This document shows positions 40,282 through 51,019 of a stretch of 64,000 nucleotides of DNA, in pieces (positions within the stretch are counted from its first letter, which is position 1; each line of letters starts with the position of its first letter). Below the pieces are notes generated by a model, which did not search any database, was not told the DNA's origin, and was given only the letters and a program-made list of their open reading frames with translations. A program made the position numbers and the translations under genes. This stretch comes from a virus: IMG/VR virus record IMGVR_UViG_3300010149_000010; one strand, given 5' to 3'.

Positions 40282-42534
40282 TCAAGTAGATGCAATTGAT
40301 TGAGCTATCAACAGATTACCTTTTGCTAATTCAGGGGAATCTAACTCATCGACTACTATGTTGGGTATTTTCTTTAAAACTTCTTCTAGATCTGTGTCAG
40401 GCCCAGATTCGCTAAGACTCGTTAATCCTTCTGATTCATACTTTATTCTTGCATACATAATATGCTCTTCCTCTATAGATATAAAGTCTTCTTCAGGATT
40501 ATTAAAATCCCAAAAAGGCAATCTGGGAATAAAATCTGCATCTTCACTGGTAGAAAACAATACCACATAATAGATAATGGCTTTGTCATTTCTTTCCTTA
40601 AAAGAGCACATCTCTTTAGTTTTCTCTATAAAAGAACTCCCAAAAGAGTCCATTGCTATAAAAATGATCTGGTTCACATTCTTTGTTTTAATGATACCTT
40701 CATATCTCTTTTTTATGTTTCCGCCATTAAATCTTGCAGGCAGCCCAGCCCCAAAAAATATATTGTCTTCTACCATTACGTCATAATTAGGCAAATAATC
40801 TTTAGGGTCTCTTTGACCGCTATGTTCTATTGGCAATTCTAGAGTCGAAAAGAAACTGCTACCTAAAGCAGCATAGTCTTGTTTTGAATTCATGTTCGCT
40901 ATAAAGCCAGCAATTGTACTTTCAATCTCAGATATACACGCTGTCATTAATGCTATTCTTGCATTGTCGTAGTTGATTTTTTGATTGCCAATTTCCATTG
41001 GAAGTGCTAAAGGCAAATTTAACATATTTGCTAGTATCGTCATACTGCTATCTAGTACATTGGTATCAGTGCTGGTAATTTTATTATATACTGGCTTTAC
41101 AACAACATCTACGAAATTTGCAGTAGGGTTAATTTGTTTGTATTTTTTCCAAAACCATATCCAGAATGCTAAAGCTCCTCCATAAGAAAAACTTAAATTA
41201 TTAAAAGAATCTACTACTCTAAAAAACCCGCTTTTTATTTTCTGTTCATATACACTTTTTCGCGCCGCTGCTTTTTCAGCTTCCGTATCCACAAGCGCCG
41301 CTGCTTTTTCAGCTTCTGTAACGAACTCATTTAATTCATAAATATGATCAGAAATAGAAAAAACAGTCATACCTTCAACCATGAGTTTAAAACACCAGTT
41401 AGCTTTTCCAATTTGCTGATACTCAGCCGAATTAGTTATAACTCCGACTTGACTTAAATGATAGCACTCATGCCTAATGGTATTTTTGTACCTTTCATAC
41501 TTTTCATTACCTTCATAAGTTGGGCTTTTATAATCAAACAAATCAAAAAACATTATTTTTTCACTAGGGCTAACATGAGCAATAATGCCACTTTTTCTGT
41601 CTTTTATATACTTAAATTTTACTTCTATTTTATTAGGAATACCTTTTAAGTGGTCGAAACCACTGTAACTCGTTGCACTTCTAGTAGCAATTTTAAACCC
41701 ATCTGCAATTGTTTTTTGAAACAACTTATTGCTCATGATGAAAGTTAATTCACTCAGCCTTTGCTCAATAGAAACTATTGCACTGTATTTTTCTTCAAGG
41801 TAGTCGTCATTGAAATTATATTCTAGTAAAATAGTATTATCTGCACCCAGCCCCACTTGAACTAATTGCTTAAAAGAACAAATCCCTAATTTAAACTTTT
41901 CTGCTTTGCTAGTGTACCCTAATTCTTTAAAAACTTTGATATTAAGAAGAGTACTATCTAGTTTTTGATCCTCGTAACCAGTTAAGAAATTATTTATTCT
42001 TCTTAATTTTGCAAACTTCAAAGATGCGTTAGCTATTTTTCTTAAATCTCTTACATAGCCTTCTTTTCTTGAGATATCTGTATTTAACATATCGTCGTAA
42101 AAATGTATTAACGGTTTAGCTATAGTACTTGTAGACTTTGGTGCTGTCTCTCTTACTCTCTCTTGCTGAACTGGCTCTTTAGGTTGCTCTGTCCTAGGAG
42201 GAATCATTGTTGAACCAATTGCAGAACCTACAATCTCAGGTGCTGGTTCCAGAATCGGTTGAGCAGCGCCAACAGGCTTTGCCTCCTCCGTTGGCTCCAG
42301 TCCCTTGCTTGAAGCATCAGTACTATAAGGTACCTCAACGTCGCTATATCTTGGTTTTGGTAAAAAACCAAGAGAAGTTAACTCTTCTATTGTTTTTCCT
42401 GCAGGGACTTCTTTGGTAATAACTCTTACACTCTTTATACTTTCTTTACCTTTGTAAAGTTTTTTCAAGTAAAGGTCATAAGCTTTGGAAACGAACTCAT
42501 TTGAGCGTTTTTGCGGATCAAGCGTGTAGCCCAT
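40282..42534 (-). CDS. 750-aa protein with zincin metallopeptidase motif
   Basis: IRHECYHLSQ (41458-41472) and downstream MVEG third ligand (about 41374). Confidence 0.5.
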   Translation of the reverse strand: MGYTLDPQKRSNEFVSKAYDLYLKKLYKGKESIKSVRVITKEVPAGKTIEELTSLGFLPKPRYSDVEVPYSTDASSKGLEPTEEAKPVGAAQPILEPAPEIVGSAIGSTMIPPRTEQPKEPVQQERVRETAPKSTSTIAKPLIHFYDDMLNTDISRKEGYVRDLRKIANASLKFAKLRRINNFLTGYEDQKLDSTLLNIKVFKELGYTSKAEKFKLGICSFKQLVQVGLGADNTILLEYNFNDDYLEEKYSAIVSIEQRLSELTFIMSNKLFQKTIADGFKIATRSATSYSGFDHLKGIPNKIEVKFKYIKDRKSGIIAHVSPSEKIMFFDLFDYKSPTYEGNEKYERYKNTIRHECYHLSQVGVITNSAEYQQIGKANWCFKLMVEGMTVFSISDHIYELNEFVTEAEKAAALVDTEAEKAAARKSVYEQKIKSGFFRVVDSFNNLSFSYGGALAFWIWFWKKYKQINPTANFVDVVVKPVYNKITSTDTNVLDSSMTILANMLNLPLALPMEIGNQKINYDNARIALMTACISEIESTIAGFIANMNSKQDYAALGSSFFSTLELPIEHSGQRDPKDYLPNYDVMVEDNIFFGAGLPARFNGGNIKKRYEGIIKTKNVNQIIFIAMDSFGSSFIEKTKEMCSFKERNDKAIIYYVVLFSTSEDADFIPRLPFWDFNNPEEDFISIEEEHIMYARIKYESEGLTSLSESGPDTDLEEVLKKIPNIVVDELDSPELAKGNLLIAQSIAST
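41262..41316. repeat. In-frame tandem duplication, 33-bp period (TEAEKAAA x2)
   Basis: GCGCCGCTGCTTTTTCAGCTTC at 41262 and 41295. Confidence 0.85.
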
Positions 42535-44755
42535 TTAGAATCCCCTCGTATATAGCATCTAGATTGTCTTTTTTAACTTTTAACACTGAGCTCAATTCTG
42601 AACATTCATTCAAATTAATTATAGTCGTCGTATCTGTTACTTTATGCTTTATTTCAATGTATTCTTCAGGACTTAGACTTACTCCTCTGTAAGTCATTGG
42701 CAACGACTCTGTTTTTATTAAAATATTTTCATTGTTCGCTGCTATGATCTTTTCTATCGTTTCTTTATTTTGCTTTATATTTTTGCAACTCAACCCCTCT
42801 TCAAAGATCTTCATTATAAGTTTAATAAAACGCACTAAGTGGGCAATCATTTGAACTTCTCCAAGAAGCTTAAATTCAGACGCCACTGTATCTCCAATAA
42901 AAACTTGTAAAGCTTTTAATGTTTGAATAATTTTCCCCACCTGTTCATTCATCCAGAGTTTTGCTTTCATAAGATATGCAATTATTGTTTTTTCAACCCA
43001 TTGAAAGGGATCGCTAGATTCGATTTTTGCTACCCAGCCTTTAGGCCTGTAGTTAATTAAATCTTTTGGCTGCCTGTACTGGTTGCTTACATCAACTCCA
43101 TACTTGGCGAAAGCGTAATCTATCGCGTTCCAGTCGCTTTTCTTTATGCTTGAGTCTCTAGCTTCGATAGGGCCTATCAATGGTATCTTGCTGTTACTGT
43201 TTGGGTTAAAATCAAAATTTAATTTTTTATTTGGTTTTTTTGATTTACTAAAAAATGGTGTGGTTATTTCTTTTGTGTCTGCTACAAAATCAAAATTAAA
43301 AAAGTCTTTTTCGCTTTCTAGCTTTTCTTTTTTTTCTGCCGCTTCTATTTTTTTTTCATATGAACGTTTAAGCTCATCTCCTTGACCTTTGATTTCATTG
43401 CTTTTAGTTTTGTAACTATGGTTCAAGTAATGTTTCAAATCAGAGTTGTCTGGATCTTTCAAGTACTCCTCAAGCATTTTTTGAGTGTTACTCAAGGTAT
43501 ATGTTGGGGTGTTGTTTTGAATGGTTGTTTCTTTTAACCATTCAGCAAATTCTTCCAGCTCCTCTGGAACTTTCTTGCTACTGTATCCCTTCATATCACT
43601 TTCTTCTTCTTGGAGCTTGTCATTCATTTCTTCTATGAGATCATCGTACTCCTGTTTTAAGTCTACTGATGCGGGGTCAAACCAGCTGTTTGGTGTCACC
43701 TTTTGAACAGCATAACCCACTTGATTCACTGCACTTATTGTTTCCTTAGTTATTCTTTCCCCAGAAGCGACGATACTCTTAATTGCGCTCATGACGGTTC
43801 TCAAAGAGTTAATAATACAATCAATGAAAGGATTTACAATTTTAGGAACAGACTCTACCGCTTGTACTAAATAGTTTAATACGGCCTTGATCATACTTCC
43901 AAACATCGACGTCCAATCAAACCTAACCTTAGCTAAATCCATTGAATACTTTGCAAAAAGTGTTGGCAAGACTAGGTTTATGCCTATCAGGTTTGCTGGG
44001 CAGCTAAAGTTAGCTCCAAAGTTACCTAAGAAAGCACAAAGAGAGCCATACAACTGTGAAGGGTCCATTGCTTTCTTCATGAGCTTGAGGGTGCTCGCTA
44101 CTTGCTTTAACAGTTTATCTAAGTTAAACACAAATTCAAGTGAAGGTAGTGTCAGCTTGAAGTCGATGTCAATCATGCAGTTTAAGCATTCTTCTACGCT
44201 AAGCTTATAAGTTTTCCCACCTATATCTACGGTTGGCGCGTTTTTATCTATGTAATCTGTTACTTTAGCTCCGAAACTTTGATTATACTCGTTCGTGAAT
44301 TTCTTTCTATACTCATACCCTACATTTCCATCTTTCTCATTAAGCAGGTCCAAGTTCTTCTTTACAACAGCGTCTTGCGGATCCCACCACTCTTCAGTAG
44401 GCTCCCCTTTGCTGTCTGTAAAAGAGCATCTCGAATAAAAATGATCCACTTTTTCTTTCGCATTTAAGCTTGAAACTTTTGTTGTTACTGCTTCTCGTGG
44501 GTCGCTTCTCTGCTCATCTAAAACTACCGCGTTGACTATGTCTCCCATAGAGCTTTCTGCGGATAGTAATGAGAGTTCTATAGTTGATTGCATCCCAGTT
44601 AAGGGGTGCTGGTAAGCCGTCAATATAACTTCTTCTGAAGGGTCCCCCTTTCCAACCTCTTTAAACATGCCTTCTTCATACGCTTGTATCAATGCTATTG
44701 CATCGAAAAGCAATAAGTCGTCATCGTTTAAAATTTTACCTTCCATCAGAAACAT
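42518..44755 (-). CDS. Hypothetical helical protein (745 aa), probably virion-associated
   Basis: Long ORF in the structural operon with overlapping neighbours; no recognised motif. Confidence 0.6.
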   Translation of the reverse strand: MFLMEGKILNDDDLLLFDAIALIQAYEEGMFKEVGKGDPSEEVILTAYQHPLTGMQSTIELSLLSAESSMGDIVNAVVLDEQRSDPREAVTTKVSSLNAKEKVDHFYSRCSFTDSKGEPTEEWWDPQDAVVKKNLDLLNEKDGNVGYEYRKKFTNEYNQSFGAKVTDYIDKNAPTVDIGGKTYKLSVEECLNCMIDIDFKLTLPSLEFVFNLDKLLKQVASTLKLMKKAMDPSQLYGSLCAFLGNFGANFSCPANLIGINLVLPTLFAKYSMDLAKVRFDWTSMFGSMIKAVLNYLVQAVESVPKIVNPFIDCIINSLRTVMSAIKSIVASGERITKETISAVNQVGYAVQKVTPNSWFDPASVDLKQEYDDLIEEMNDKLQEEESDMKGYSSKKVPEELEEFAEWLKETTIQNNTPTYTLSNTQKMLEEYLKDPDNSDLKHYLNHSYKTKSNEIKGQGDELKRSYEKKIEAAEKKEKLESEKDFFNFDFVADTKEITTPFFSKSKKPNKKLNFDFNPNSNSKIPLIGPIEARDSSIKKSDWNAIDYAFAKYGVDVSNQYRQPKDLINYRPKGWVAKIESSDPFQWVEKTIIAYLMKAKLWMNEQVGKIIQTLKALQVFIGDTVASEFKLLGEVQMIAHLVRFIKLIMKIFEEGLSCKNIKQNKETIEKIIAANNENILIKTESLPMTYRGVSLSPEEYIEIKHKVTDTTTIINLNECSELSSVLKVKKDNLDAIYEGILNGLHA

Positions 44756-45059
44756 CCTTGTATTTCGATCGTTTAGAGCGCGGTTTTTCTAAATTACTTT
44801 TGTATTCCATAGCTTTTAAAACCGCAGTTTCTCTTTCTGAAATTATGTCACCTTCAAGATCATCTAAGATTTCTGGATTCAATCTTTTAATCACAGTCAT
44901 CAAAAGATTCAGTCGAGAAACAAGATTGTCAAGATCTTCTATTGTAGCAAAATCTCTTGCTATTTTTTTAAACATCTTTTGATATTGCTCTTCAAGCTCA
45001 TTTTCCCCACTGTCGAAATCGTTATCATAGCCTTTTTGCATGTTTTTAAATACTCCCAT
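44736..45059 (-). CDS. Hypothetical protein (107 aa)
   Basis: Co-oriented and translationally coupled ORF. Confidence 0.6.
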   Translation of the reverse strand: MGVFKNMQKGYDNDFDSGENELEEQYQKMFKKIARDFATIEDLDNLVSRLNLLMTVIKRLNPEILDDLEGDIISERETAVLKAMEYKSNLEKPRSKRSKYKDVSDGR

Positions 45060-45531
45060 TTTCTGCTATCCCTTCTACTATTTCTAACGTTTCTGAAAGT
45101 TCGATAACGCGCTTCAATTCCACTAATGTCATGTAATCGTTATAGGTTATTTCGTTTTTAATCCCACCAAAAGTATTTGTTGCGCAGGTTTTTAACCTTG
45201 TATTTCTCGAAATGTCTAACGTGAAACTGTTACTTGACTCCCTGACAGATCTGTCTATTTCGCTTTTTCTATCTTTTATGTTCTTTATGAGCATTCGTGA
45301 TTTTTGTTTGAGCTGGGTTAACTTTTCTTTTAATACTCTCGATTCTTTTTCAGTAAAAGCTCTTTCAGGATTTTCTCTAAGGCTCTTCATCATTGTTTCT
45401 AAAGCTGGATCTGACATGTCTTCTTTAGAGAGTTTTTGCTCTTCGTTCAGCTTACTACTAAAACCTTTTAGCAGCTCTTCTTTTTCGAAAAGTATCTTGT
45501 TATCAAACACGTCATCAAAAAAATCAGACAT
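45046..45531 (-). CDS. Hypothetical coiled-coil protein (161 aa)
   Basis: Co-oriented ORF, TAATG-coupled to the upstream gene. Confidence 0.6.
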   Translation of the reverse strand: MSDFFDDVFDNKILFEKEELLKGFSSKLNEEQKLSKEDMSDPALETMMKSLRENPERAFTEKESRVLKEKLTQLKQKSRMLIKNIKDRKSEIDRSVRESSNSFTLDISRNTRLKTCATNTFGGIKNEITYNDYMTLVELKRVIELSETLEIVEGIAENGSI

Positions 45532-45968
45532 TAAATTACCCCATCGACCAACTTTTTGAAGTATTTTAAACTTAAGTTTATGTCCGTCTTGTATTGCGGA
45601 TCTGTATGTCCAGGGCAGAAAACTCTAACCCATACAGGGAATAAAGATTCTGTATTGGCAACTTCGGAAGAGCCTATGTTGGCGGGTAATGTAATCTCAT
45701 TATTTACTATTACATCGCCCCACTCTTTTTCTGTTGGTTGCTCAGATCCAAATTTTAATTTAACAGACCACCCAGAAGCGCTAAATATACCACCCAACTC
45801 AAGATCTGCCATTTCTATTTTTAATCTTATGTTTTCGTAATAAAACTCAGGAAATTGATTTTTAAAGTAAAAAACAAATTCTTGTTGCCCACCTGTGAAA
45901 CCATTGTGCTCTGTTACAAAAGGGCCGGTTATAGGCTGTAACTCAGAATCCAATATAATTAAACTCAT
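45531..45968 (-). CDS. Hypothetical beta-rich structural protein (145 aa)
   Basis: Co-oriented ORF, ATGA overlap; PVWVRVFCPG motif. Confidence 0.6.
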   Translation of the reverse strand: MSLIILDSELQPITGPFVTEHNGFTGGQQEFVFYFKNQFPEFYYENIRLKIEMADLELGGIFSASGWSVKLKFGSEQPTEKEWGDVIVNNEITLPANIGSSEVANTESLFPVWVRVFCPGHTDPQYKTDINLSLKYFKKLVDGVI

Positions 45969-47704
45969 ATTCTGTTTCCTCTGTGTGCATTGAAGCCACG
46001 ACGATAATCACGTCTATCTGCATTGCCAGTAAAAGCTACTCCTGATAACATACCACCACCAAGAACTAAAGCTCTATTGTTCATTGCAACATTCTTTTCT
46101 TTATTAGGGTTCAACATGTCTCTCATCTTCTTTTTGCCAAACCCTTTTAAACGTTCATCATCGTCACTCATCTTTTGAATCGCAGTTAAGTTTTGGCGTC
46201 TAGCTTGACCCCCTGTTAATGGGTCTGTCTCTATGGCGGTTCTTGTTTTTAAATCGCCAGCGTTGTTTGAACCAGTATATAGATCATCAACAGTTTGTCC
46301 TGCGTTCTTTTTATTTGGCAATCCCAAATCTGAAACTTTTAAATCCCCTCTTCCACTATTAGCTAATTCTTTTATTGTTGTTCCTTTTGCAGCAATTGTT
46401 CTTCTTGCACCTTCTTCTGCCATATCATCTCCAAGTATGTTTTTCATCATAGCACCTTCTATATCGCCCATAGAGCCAGCAACACCCTTAGCTATACCCT
46501 TTACACTTAATGCACCAAGACCGCCCACTGCTGCGCCTTCTGTGAAGTCACCGCCCATAGCAACGTTAGCACCACCAGCTAAACCTGCTACTGCAGCAAT
46601 ACCCATTACGCTTTCCATCCCAGTGCCTTCACCAGCCATACCTCTTAGAAGAGCATTGGGGCTAGCTGTAGCTCCTGCACGACTAAAACCACCGTACATG
46701 TTGCCAATCTCACTCTGGTTCTTAAGCATGGACTGCATGCCTTCTTCGCTGAGTTGCCCACCTTCATCACCAACTCTTTTTACTTCACCTCTAAAGGCTT
46801 CAAGTCCTTTAACCCCTTCCTCATCCAATCCGCCTTTTTTTAACACCCCTGCGAATTCATCACCACTTTTACCGAAAGCATCTTTTAGTACACTTGACTC
46901 AACGCCAAATGCTTCTGCCGTTGCTTCCGAAGAAAATACGTTCTTGTAACTTTGTTCAAAGTTTTGTCCAGCTTCTGCCGCAGCTCTCCCTGAGGTATCT
47001 CCTGCAAGGCCTCTTGTTACAGGGTTGTTGCTTACTGCATCCATTGTCGCTCCTGCTGCTTTTCTTACAGCGTCTGGCCCTTCAGTCACAAGTCGGCCAA
47101 CCAACCCTTGAACACCCGTATTTGGGTTTCCCAGCCTCTCAGCAACACTTTCGATAGAATCAATGCCACTTTTAGCAACATCACCAAGGCTATCAAGTCC
47201 GCTTTTAGCGGCTCCACCTACTCTTTCACCAACATGAGTAGCAAAACCTGCCACACTTTCAGCACCAGATTTTAAATCACTTTTAACTGCATCAAATATT
47301 ATGCCGCCACCTTCATTTAACGCCCCACCTATATCAGAAACACCCTGCTTTGCAGCCCTTGCAGCGTTTACTGTAGTATCTACTGCGCCTCCAACCCTAT
47401 CTCCAAGCAATAGTCTTGGTATTGTTGTCGGCTTTATATCTCTTCGATAGCTGGTAACAGCTTCGTCAGCTCGAATCTTTCTTGCAGCGTGTGTGTTTGA
47501 ACTACTTATAAACTCCCTTTGTTGCGCTGCATTCATCTGTTCGAAGCCAGCATCACCACCAACATCACTTCTTTTAGCGCTATTTGCAAAGTTTTGAACT
47601 TGCCTAGCAGTTTTTTTTCTACCACTTCCTAAAAAAGTTCTTACTGCAGCTAAATCTACAGCCTCCGTAGCCTCGCCTGCTAAAAGTCTTGGGATTATAC
47701 TCAT
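45965..47704 (-). CDS. Gly/Ala-rich protein (579 aa), candidate internal/ejection protein
   Basis: Amphipathic repeats (AKSGLDSLGDVAKSGIDSIESVA), hydrophobic Gly-rich segments, basic C-terminus. Confidence 0.5.
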   Translation of the reverse strand: MSIIPRLLAGEATEAVDLAAVRTFLGSGRKKTARQVQNFANSAKRSDVGGDAGFEQMNAAQQREFISSSNTHAARKIRADEAVTSYRRDIKPTTIPRLLLGDRVGGAVDTTVNAARAAKQGVSDIGGALNEGGGIIFDAVKSDLKSGAESVAGFATHVGERVGGAAKSGLDSLGDVAKSGIDSIESVAERLGNPNTGVQGLVGRLVTEGPDAVRKAAGATMDAVSNNPVTRGLAGDTSGRAAAEAGQNFEQSYKNVFSSEATAEAFGVESSVLKDAFGKSGDEFAGVLKKGGLDEEGVKGLEAFRGEVKRVGDEGGQLSEEGMQSMLKNQSEIGNMYGGFSRAGATASPNALLRGMAGEGTGMESVMGIAAVAGLAGGANVAMGGDFTEGAAVGGLGALSVKGIAKGVAGSMGDIEGAMMKNILGDDMAEEGARRTIAAKGTTIKELANSGRGDLKVSDLGLPNKKNAGQTVDDLYTGSNNAGDLKTRTAIETDPLTGGQARRQNLTAIQKMSDDDERLKGFGKKKMRDMLNPNKEKNVAMNNRALVLGGGMLSGVAFTGNADRRDYRRGFNAHRGNRI

Positions 47705-47707
47705 GTT

Positions 47708-49915
47708 TTATCTCCAGCTTCTTTTTTTACGACCAAAGCGGCCACGTTTCGGAGCGCGATGCAATTCGCTTATCGGTGTCATACCTTGCTCAGTACCTCT
47801 ATAAGAGTTAATACCTTCTAGTATGGAAATAGGTTTTTCTTCTTTTATACTACGAGAACGGCTACTTTTTCCATCTTCTGGCCACAAACCTTGCGATTTG
47901 TATTTTTCTTTTATCATTCTATCTTCTTCGTCTGAACCACCACCTCTCATAATATTTAAAACATTTAAATCGCCCGAAGAGCCTTGTTTCTTTTTCGCCT
48001 CGTATAAGTCTCTAACTTGTTCACTCGGAGATCTGTAAATATTTCTTATTGTTTCCGCTTTATGAAAGCTGGGAGCGCTTATTTGCATTTGGCTACCCGA
48101 GTAGATAGACTCTTCTAACACCAAGCCGCCAAGAGCAAGCATGAAAGCGTCAAGCCTGTGGTCTCCCACTTTTTCATTTTGCTTCCCGTATACAGGCTTA
48201 TTGTTTTGCTTGTTCCGTTTTTCAATAATAAAATTGAAGAACTGGTTTTTTAAAACTTCTTCTTCTACTGGAAATTTGAACAAACCATCTTGAAGTATTC
48301 TTACTGCGTTCTCCACAAGAAAATGCTTGCCGGATTTTTTTATATCAGCATTTGTTATAGGGTCTTTTAACTTTATGTTACTGCTGAAATTAAAAGCTAC
48401 CAACCTGTCAGCTATGAGTACTGTTTCTTGCTCTTTGGCAGTTTTGTTCTTTTTAGCTCGAAGTGTATATGATTGGTATTTTATGTCTTCAATTATTGTA
48501 TGCCCATATCCTTCATCTGCGTAAATGTGATCTGGTTTCCACTTGTAGTTTAGATCTACCAGCTCTCTAATCCATCTTTTAGCGCTAAACTCTGAGTGCG
48601 GCACATTAACAGCATCTAAAGCCAGCCAAATTTTACTGCCAGGAAAATACCCAATTACATAAAATTCCGTTCCTGCATTTTTATTCCAGTCGATACCAAT
48701 AGCTATTGTTCTTTCACTTGCATTTCTTAACCCTAGTTTTCTCTCTAGTACTTGGGGCGAGTAAGCCTCGTCATAGGTATAATCTATACGTGCGTTATAA
48801 ACCCAATCCTTTTTAAATACACCTTGTTGGTCTTCTATGAAAACAGCCATATATTCTGCCATAAAGGACTCTTGAGTAGAATCTCTTAGGATCTCTTCTT
48901 TAATCTGCTCCCAATGAGGAATAACTGAAGAGGGTAAAAAGTCTTCCCTAAAATCATCTCTAGACAAGCACCATTCATGAAACTTGCCCTTCTTGCCAAT
49001 CGGAGTGGAAGTAGCTATAAGAATCGTATCAGGCGTTGTAGCTAAAATTGGATTGATGACTTTGTCCAACACCTCTTCTGGAATCATGTCCATCTCATCC
49101 AAGTAAACAATAGAAGCGGACTGACCACGCATAGTGCCACCACCACTACCATCAGATCTCATGCCTATACCCGATACAAAACCTTGCACCACTGCACCAT
49201 TTTTGAATTCCATCTTATACGTTGGGGTTTTTATGTACAGGCTATCTCCAGTGCCAGAAGAAACTTCGTTCATTAACTCTAAATTTCTTTTTAAAAGTTT
49301 TTCCATCTCTTCAAACAAGTTTGTTAATTGTGCCTGATAAGGAGTAACAATCATTATCGCAGGCCCCATATAAACTATGTTACCTTGTGAGTCTCTACCT
49401 CTATCTAGTTTTAAATTGTACGCGTAATATAAAAGTTTCAACGCTATCGCAAATGATTTTCCTGAGCGACGACCCTCTCTTACTGCCATCCTTTTGGAAG
49501 TGCATCGAATCTGCTCTTTCTGATAAGATCTCAAAAACCATTTATCATCTTTGTCCGAAAAACCAAACATTAGCTCCACCCAAGCAGCAGGGTCTATTGA
49601 TGCTTTTAGTATTTTTCGCGCTTGATCTTCAGGGATTTCAGCCTCTTTAGAAATCTCTTTTATTCTTGACGCTGCACCATCAGGTAATTTTCTTGGTATA
49701 TAAGTGCATTTTATCCTGTTCGAGCCGTATTTATTTATTTGTCTTATCTGGCAGGTTACGCAGGTTTTGTGGACATCTGTTTTTAAAGAAAATTCTCTCT
49801 TGAAATAAGTCAGCAATTCTTCTGGAATTGTTGCGTCTGGATCTTGATGACTTACACCATACTCGTTTGTAACATAAAGCTCACTCTCTATTAGCTTTTT
49901 AAGTTTAGGATGCAT
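47708..49915 (-). CDS. terL: Terminase large subunit (735 aa)
   Basis: Q-motif YQKE, Walker A GRRSGKS, Walker B VYLDEMD, motif III ATSTP, RNase H-like GIDWN...ADEG...DHRLDA. Confidence 0.95.
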   Translation of the reverse strand: MHPKLKKLIESELYVTNEYGVSHQDPDATIPEELLTYFKREFSLKTDVHKTCVTCQIRQINKYGSNRIKCTYIPRKLPDGAASRIKEISKEAEIPEDQARKILKASIDPAAWVELMFGFSDKDDKWFLRSYQKEQIRCTSKRMAVREGRRSGKSFAIALKLLYYAYNLKLDRGRDSQGNIVYMGPAIMIVTPYQAQLTNLFEEMEKLLKRNLELMNEVSSGTGDSLYIKTPTYKMEFKNGAVVQGFVSGIGMRSDGSGGGTMRGQSASIVYLDEMDMIPEEVLDKVINPILATTPDTILIATSTPIGKKGKFHEWCLSRDDFREDFLPSSVIPHWEQIKEEILRDSTQESFMAEYMAVFIEDQQGVFKKDWVYNARIDYTYDEAYSPQVLERKLGLRNASERTIAIGIDWNKNAGTEFYVIGYFPGSKIWLALDAVNVPHSEFSAKRWIRELVDLNYKWKPDHIYADEGYGHTIIEDIKYQSYTLRAKKNKTAKEQETVLIADRLVAFNFSSNIKLKDPITNADIKKSGKHFLVENAVRILQDGLFKFPVEEEVLKNQFFNFIIEKRNKQNNKPVYGKQNEKVGDHRLDAFMLALGGLVLEESIYSGSQMQISAPSFHKAETIRNIYRSPSEQVRDLYEAKKKQGSSGDLNVLNIMRGGGSDEEDRMIKEKYKSQGLWPEDGKSSRSRSIKEEKPISILEGINSYRGTEQGMTPISELHRAPKRGRFGRKKRSWR

Positions 49916-49916
49916 A

Positions 49917-51017
49917 TTACCTCCTGTGGTGAGAGAACATGTCTCTATTCATGTGTACTATTGAAGCTTCCTGACCGAAAGCAGACCTAGCGTTTGTATG
50001 CGACTTATGCATTGATTGTATAGCTCTTTGTCTCATAGTGACAGCATTTTGTGTAAAGTGTGCAGAAACATCTGAAGCAAAATTCAAACCCCTTCCTTTT
50101 TCTTCATGCTTGAAGCCTGCTTCCAAAGCCGAATAGGTTGACTTAAATAGCATTGTCCCGGCCATTATACCTATCCCAGCAACGCCCGCTTTTAAAGGCG
50201 TGCCAAACATATAAGATCCAAGCTTTGCACCTCCAGCAGCGCCGAATATACTACCCACCATCCCTGTTACGCCTTCATTTATGTTTAGGTTATATGCCGT
50301 ATTGACGAATCCGGTAGCAGTTTCCGCTGCAGCTCTACCTGCAGCCATACCGGCCATAGCACCAACGTAACCTCCCATAATTGGCATCATCCTACCAACC
50401 ATTGGAGATCCCAGCACGCTTCTTTGTGTTGACGCGCTCTTTACGTCTTTCAGAGCGTTTTCCTTTGTGTTGAAAAACGTTTCCGCTTTTTTCGAATCTG
50501 TTATGTCGTAAAGTATGTTACTTTCTCTCATGCCATGGTAGTTTGCGAAAACATCTTGAATCATGTAATCTCTTAGCCCTACTGCACCTTCTGTTGAAGC
50601 TGCATGAACAGCTCCGAAAGCTGTCATGGCTATAGGTAAACCAATTGATTTTTTCGTTAACTTTTGCAAACCTCCAGCTTTTATAGTTCCATCATTAGCT
50701 CTCGTAAATACATCCCCAACATCATCCGTAAAGTTTACCATTGCTTCTTTATTAAAAAGCCCGCCTCCAGTGGTGAAACGTGCGTTGCTCTGCCCGCCCC
50801 TAACCGTGGTTGCAAAACCAGCCTCACCGCCTGTCTTTTTTGAAAAAACGGGTCCAAAATGATTTTCAGCTGCAAACGTTTCTGCACCAGCTGAATAAAA
50901 CATACCTTGCATAGCTTTAGGTCCAAGCAAGAAAGCGGCGGTTAGCGCTGGAGCAACATTGCCAAAAGTTGTTAAACTCGATTGTCTAAAAGTTTCTAAA
51001 TCTCCAGTATCAAACAT
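49917..51017 (-). CDS. Gly/Ala-rich membrane-like protein (366 aa), candidate ejection protein
   Basis: Glycine-zipper-like GGYVGAMAGMAAG and GSIFGAAGGAKLG segments; C-terminal TMRQRAIQSMHKSHTNARSAFGQEA. Confidence 0.5.
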   Translation of the reverse strand: MFDTGDLETFRQSSLTTFGNVAPALTAAFLLGPKAMQGMFYSAGAETFAAENHFGPVFSKKTGGEAGFATTVRGGQSNARFTTGGGLFNKEAMVNFTDDVGDVFTRANDGTIKAGGLQKLTKKSIGLPIAMTAFGAVHAASTEGAVGLRDYMIQDVFANYHGMRESNILYDITDSKKAETFFNTKENALKDVKSASTQRSVLGSPMVGRMMPIMGGYVGAMAGMAAGRAAAETATGFVNTAYNLNINEGVTGMVGSIFGAAGGAKLGSYMFGTPLKAGVAGIGIMAGTMLFKSTYSALEAGFKHEEKGRGLNFASDVSAHFTQNAVTMRQRAIQSMHKSHTNARSAFGQEASIVHMNRDMFSHHRR

Positions 51018-51019
51018 GA

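Noticed and set aside
47708-49915. Intein or intron in terL or the polymerases
   Set aside because: No C...HN splice junctions or LAGLIDADG/HNH motifs seen; terL motifs are normally spaced
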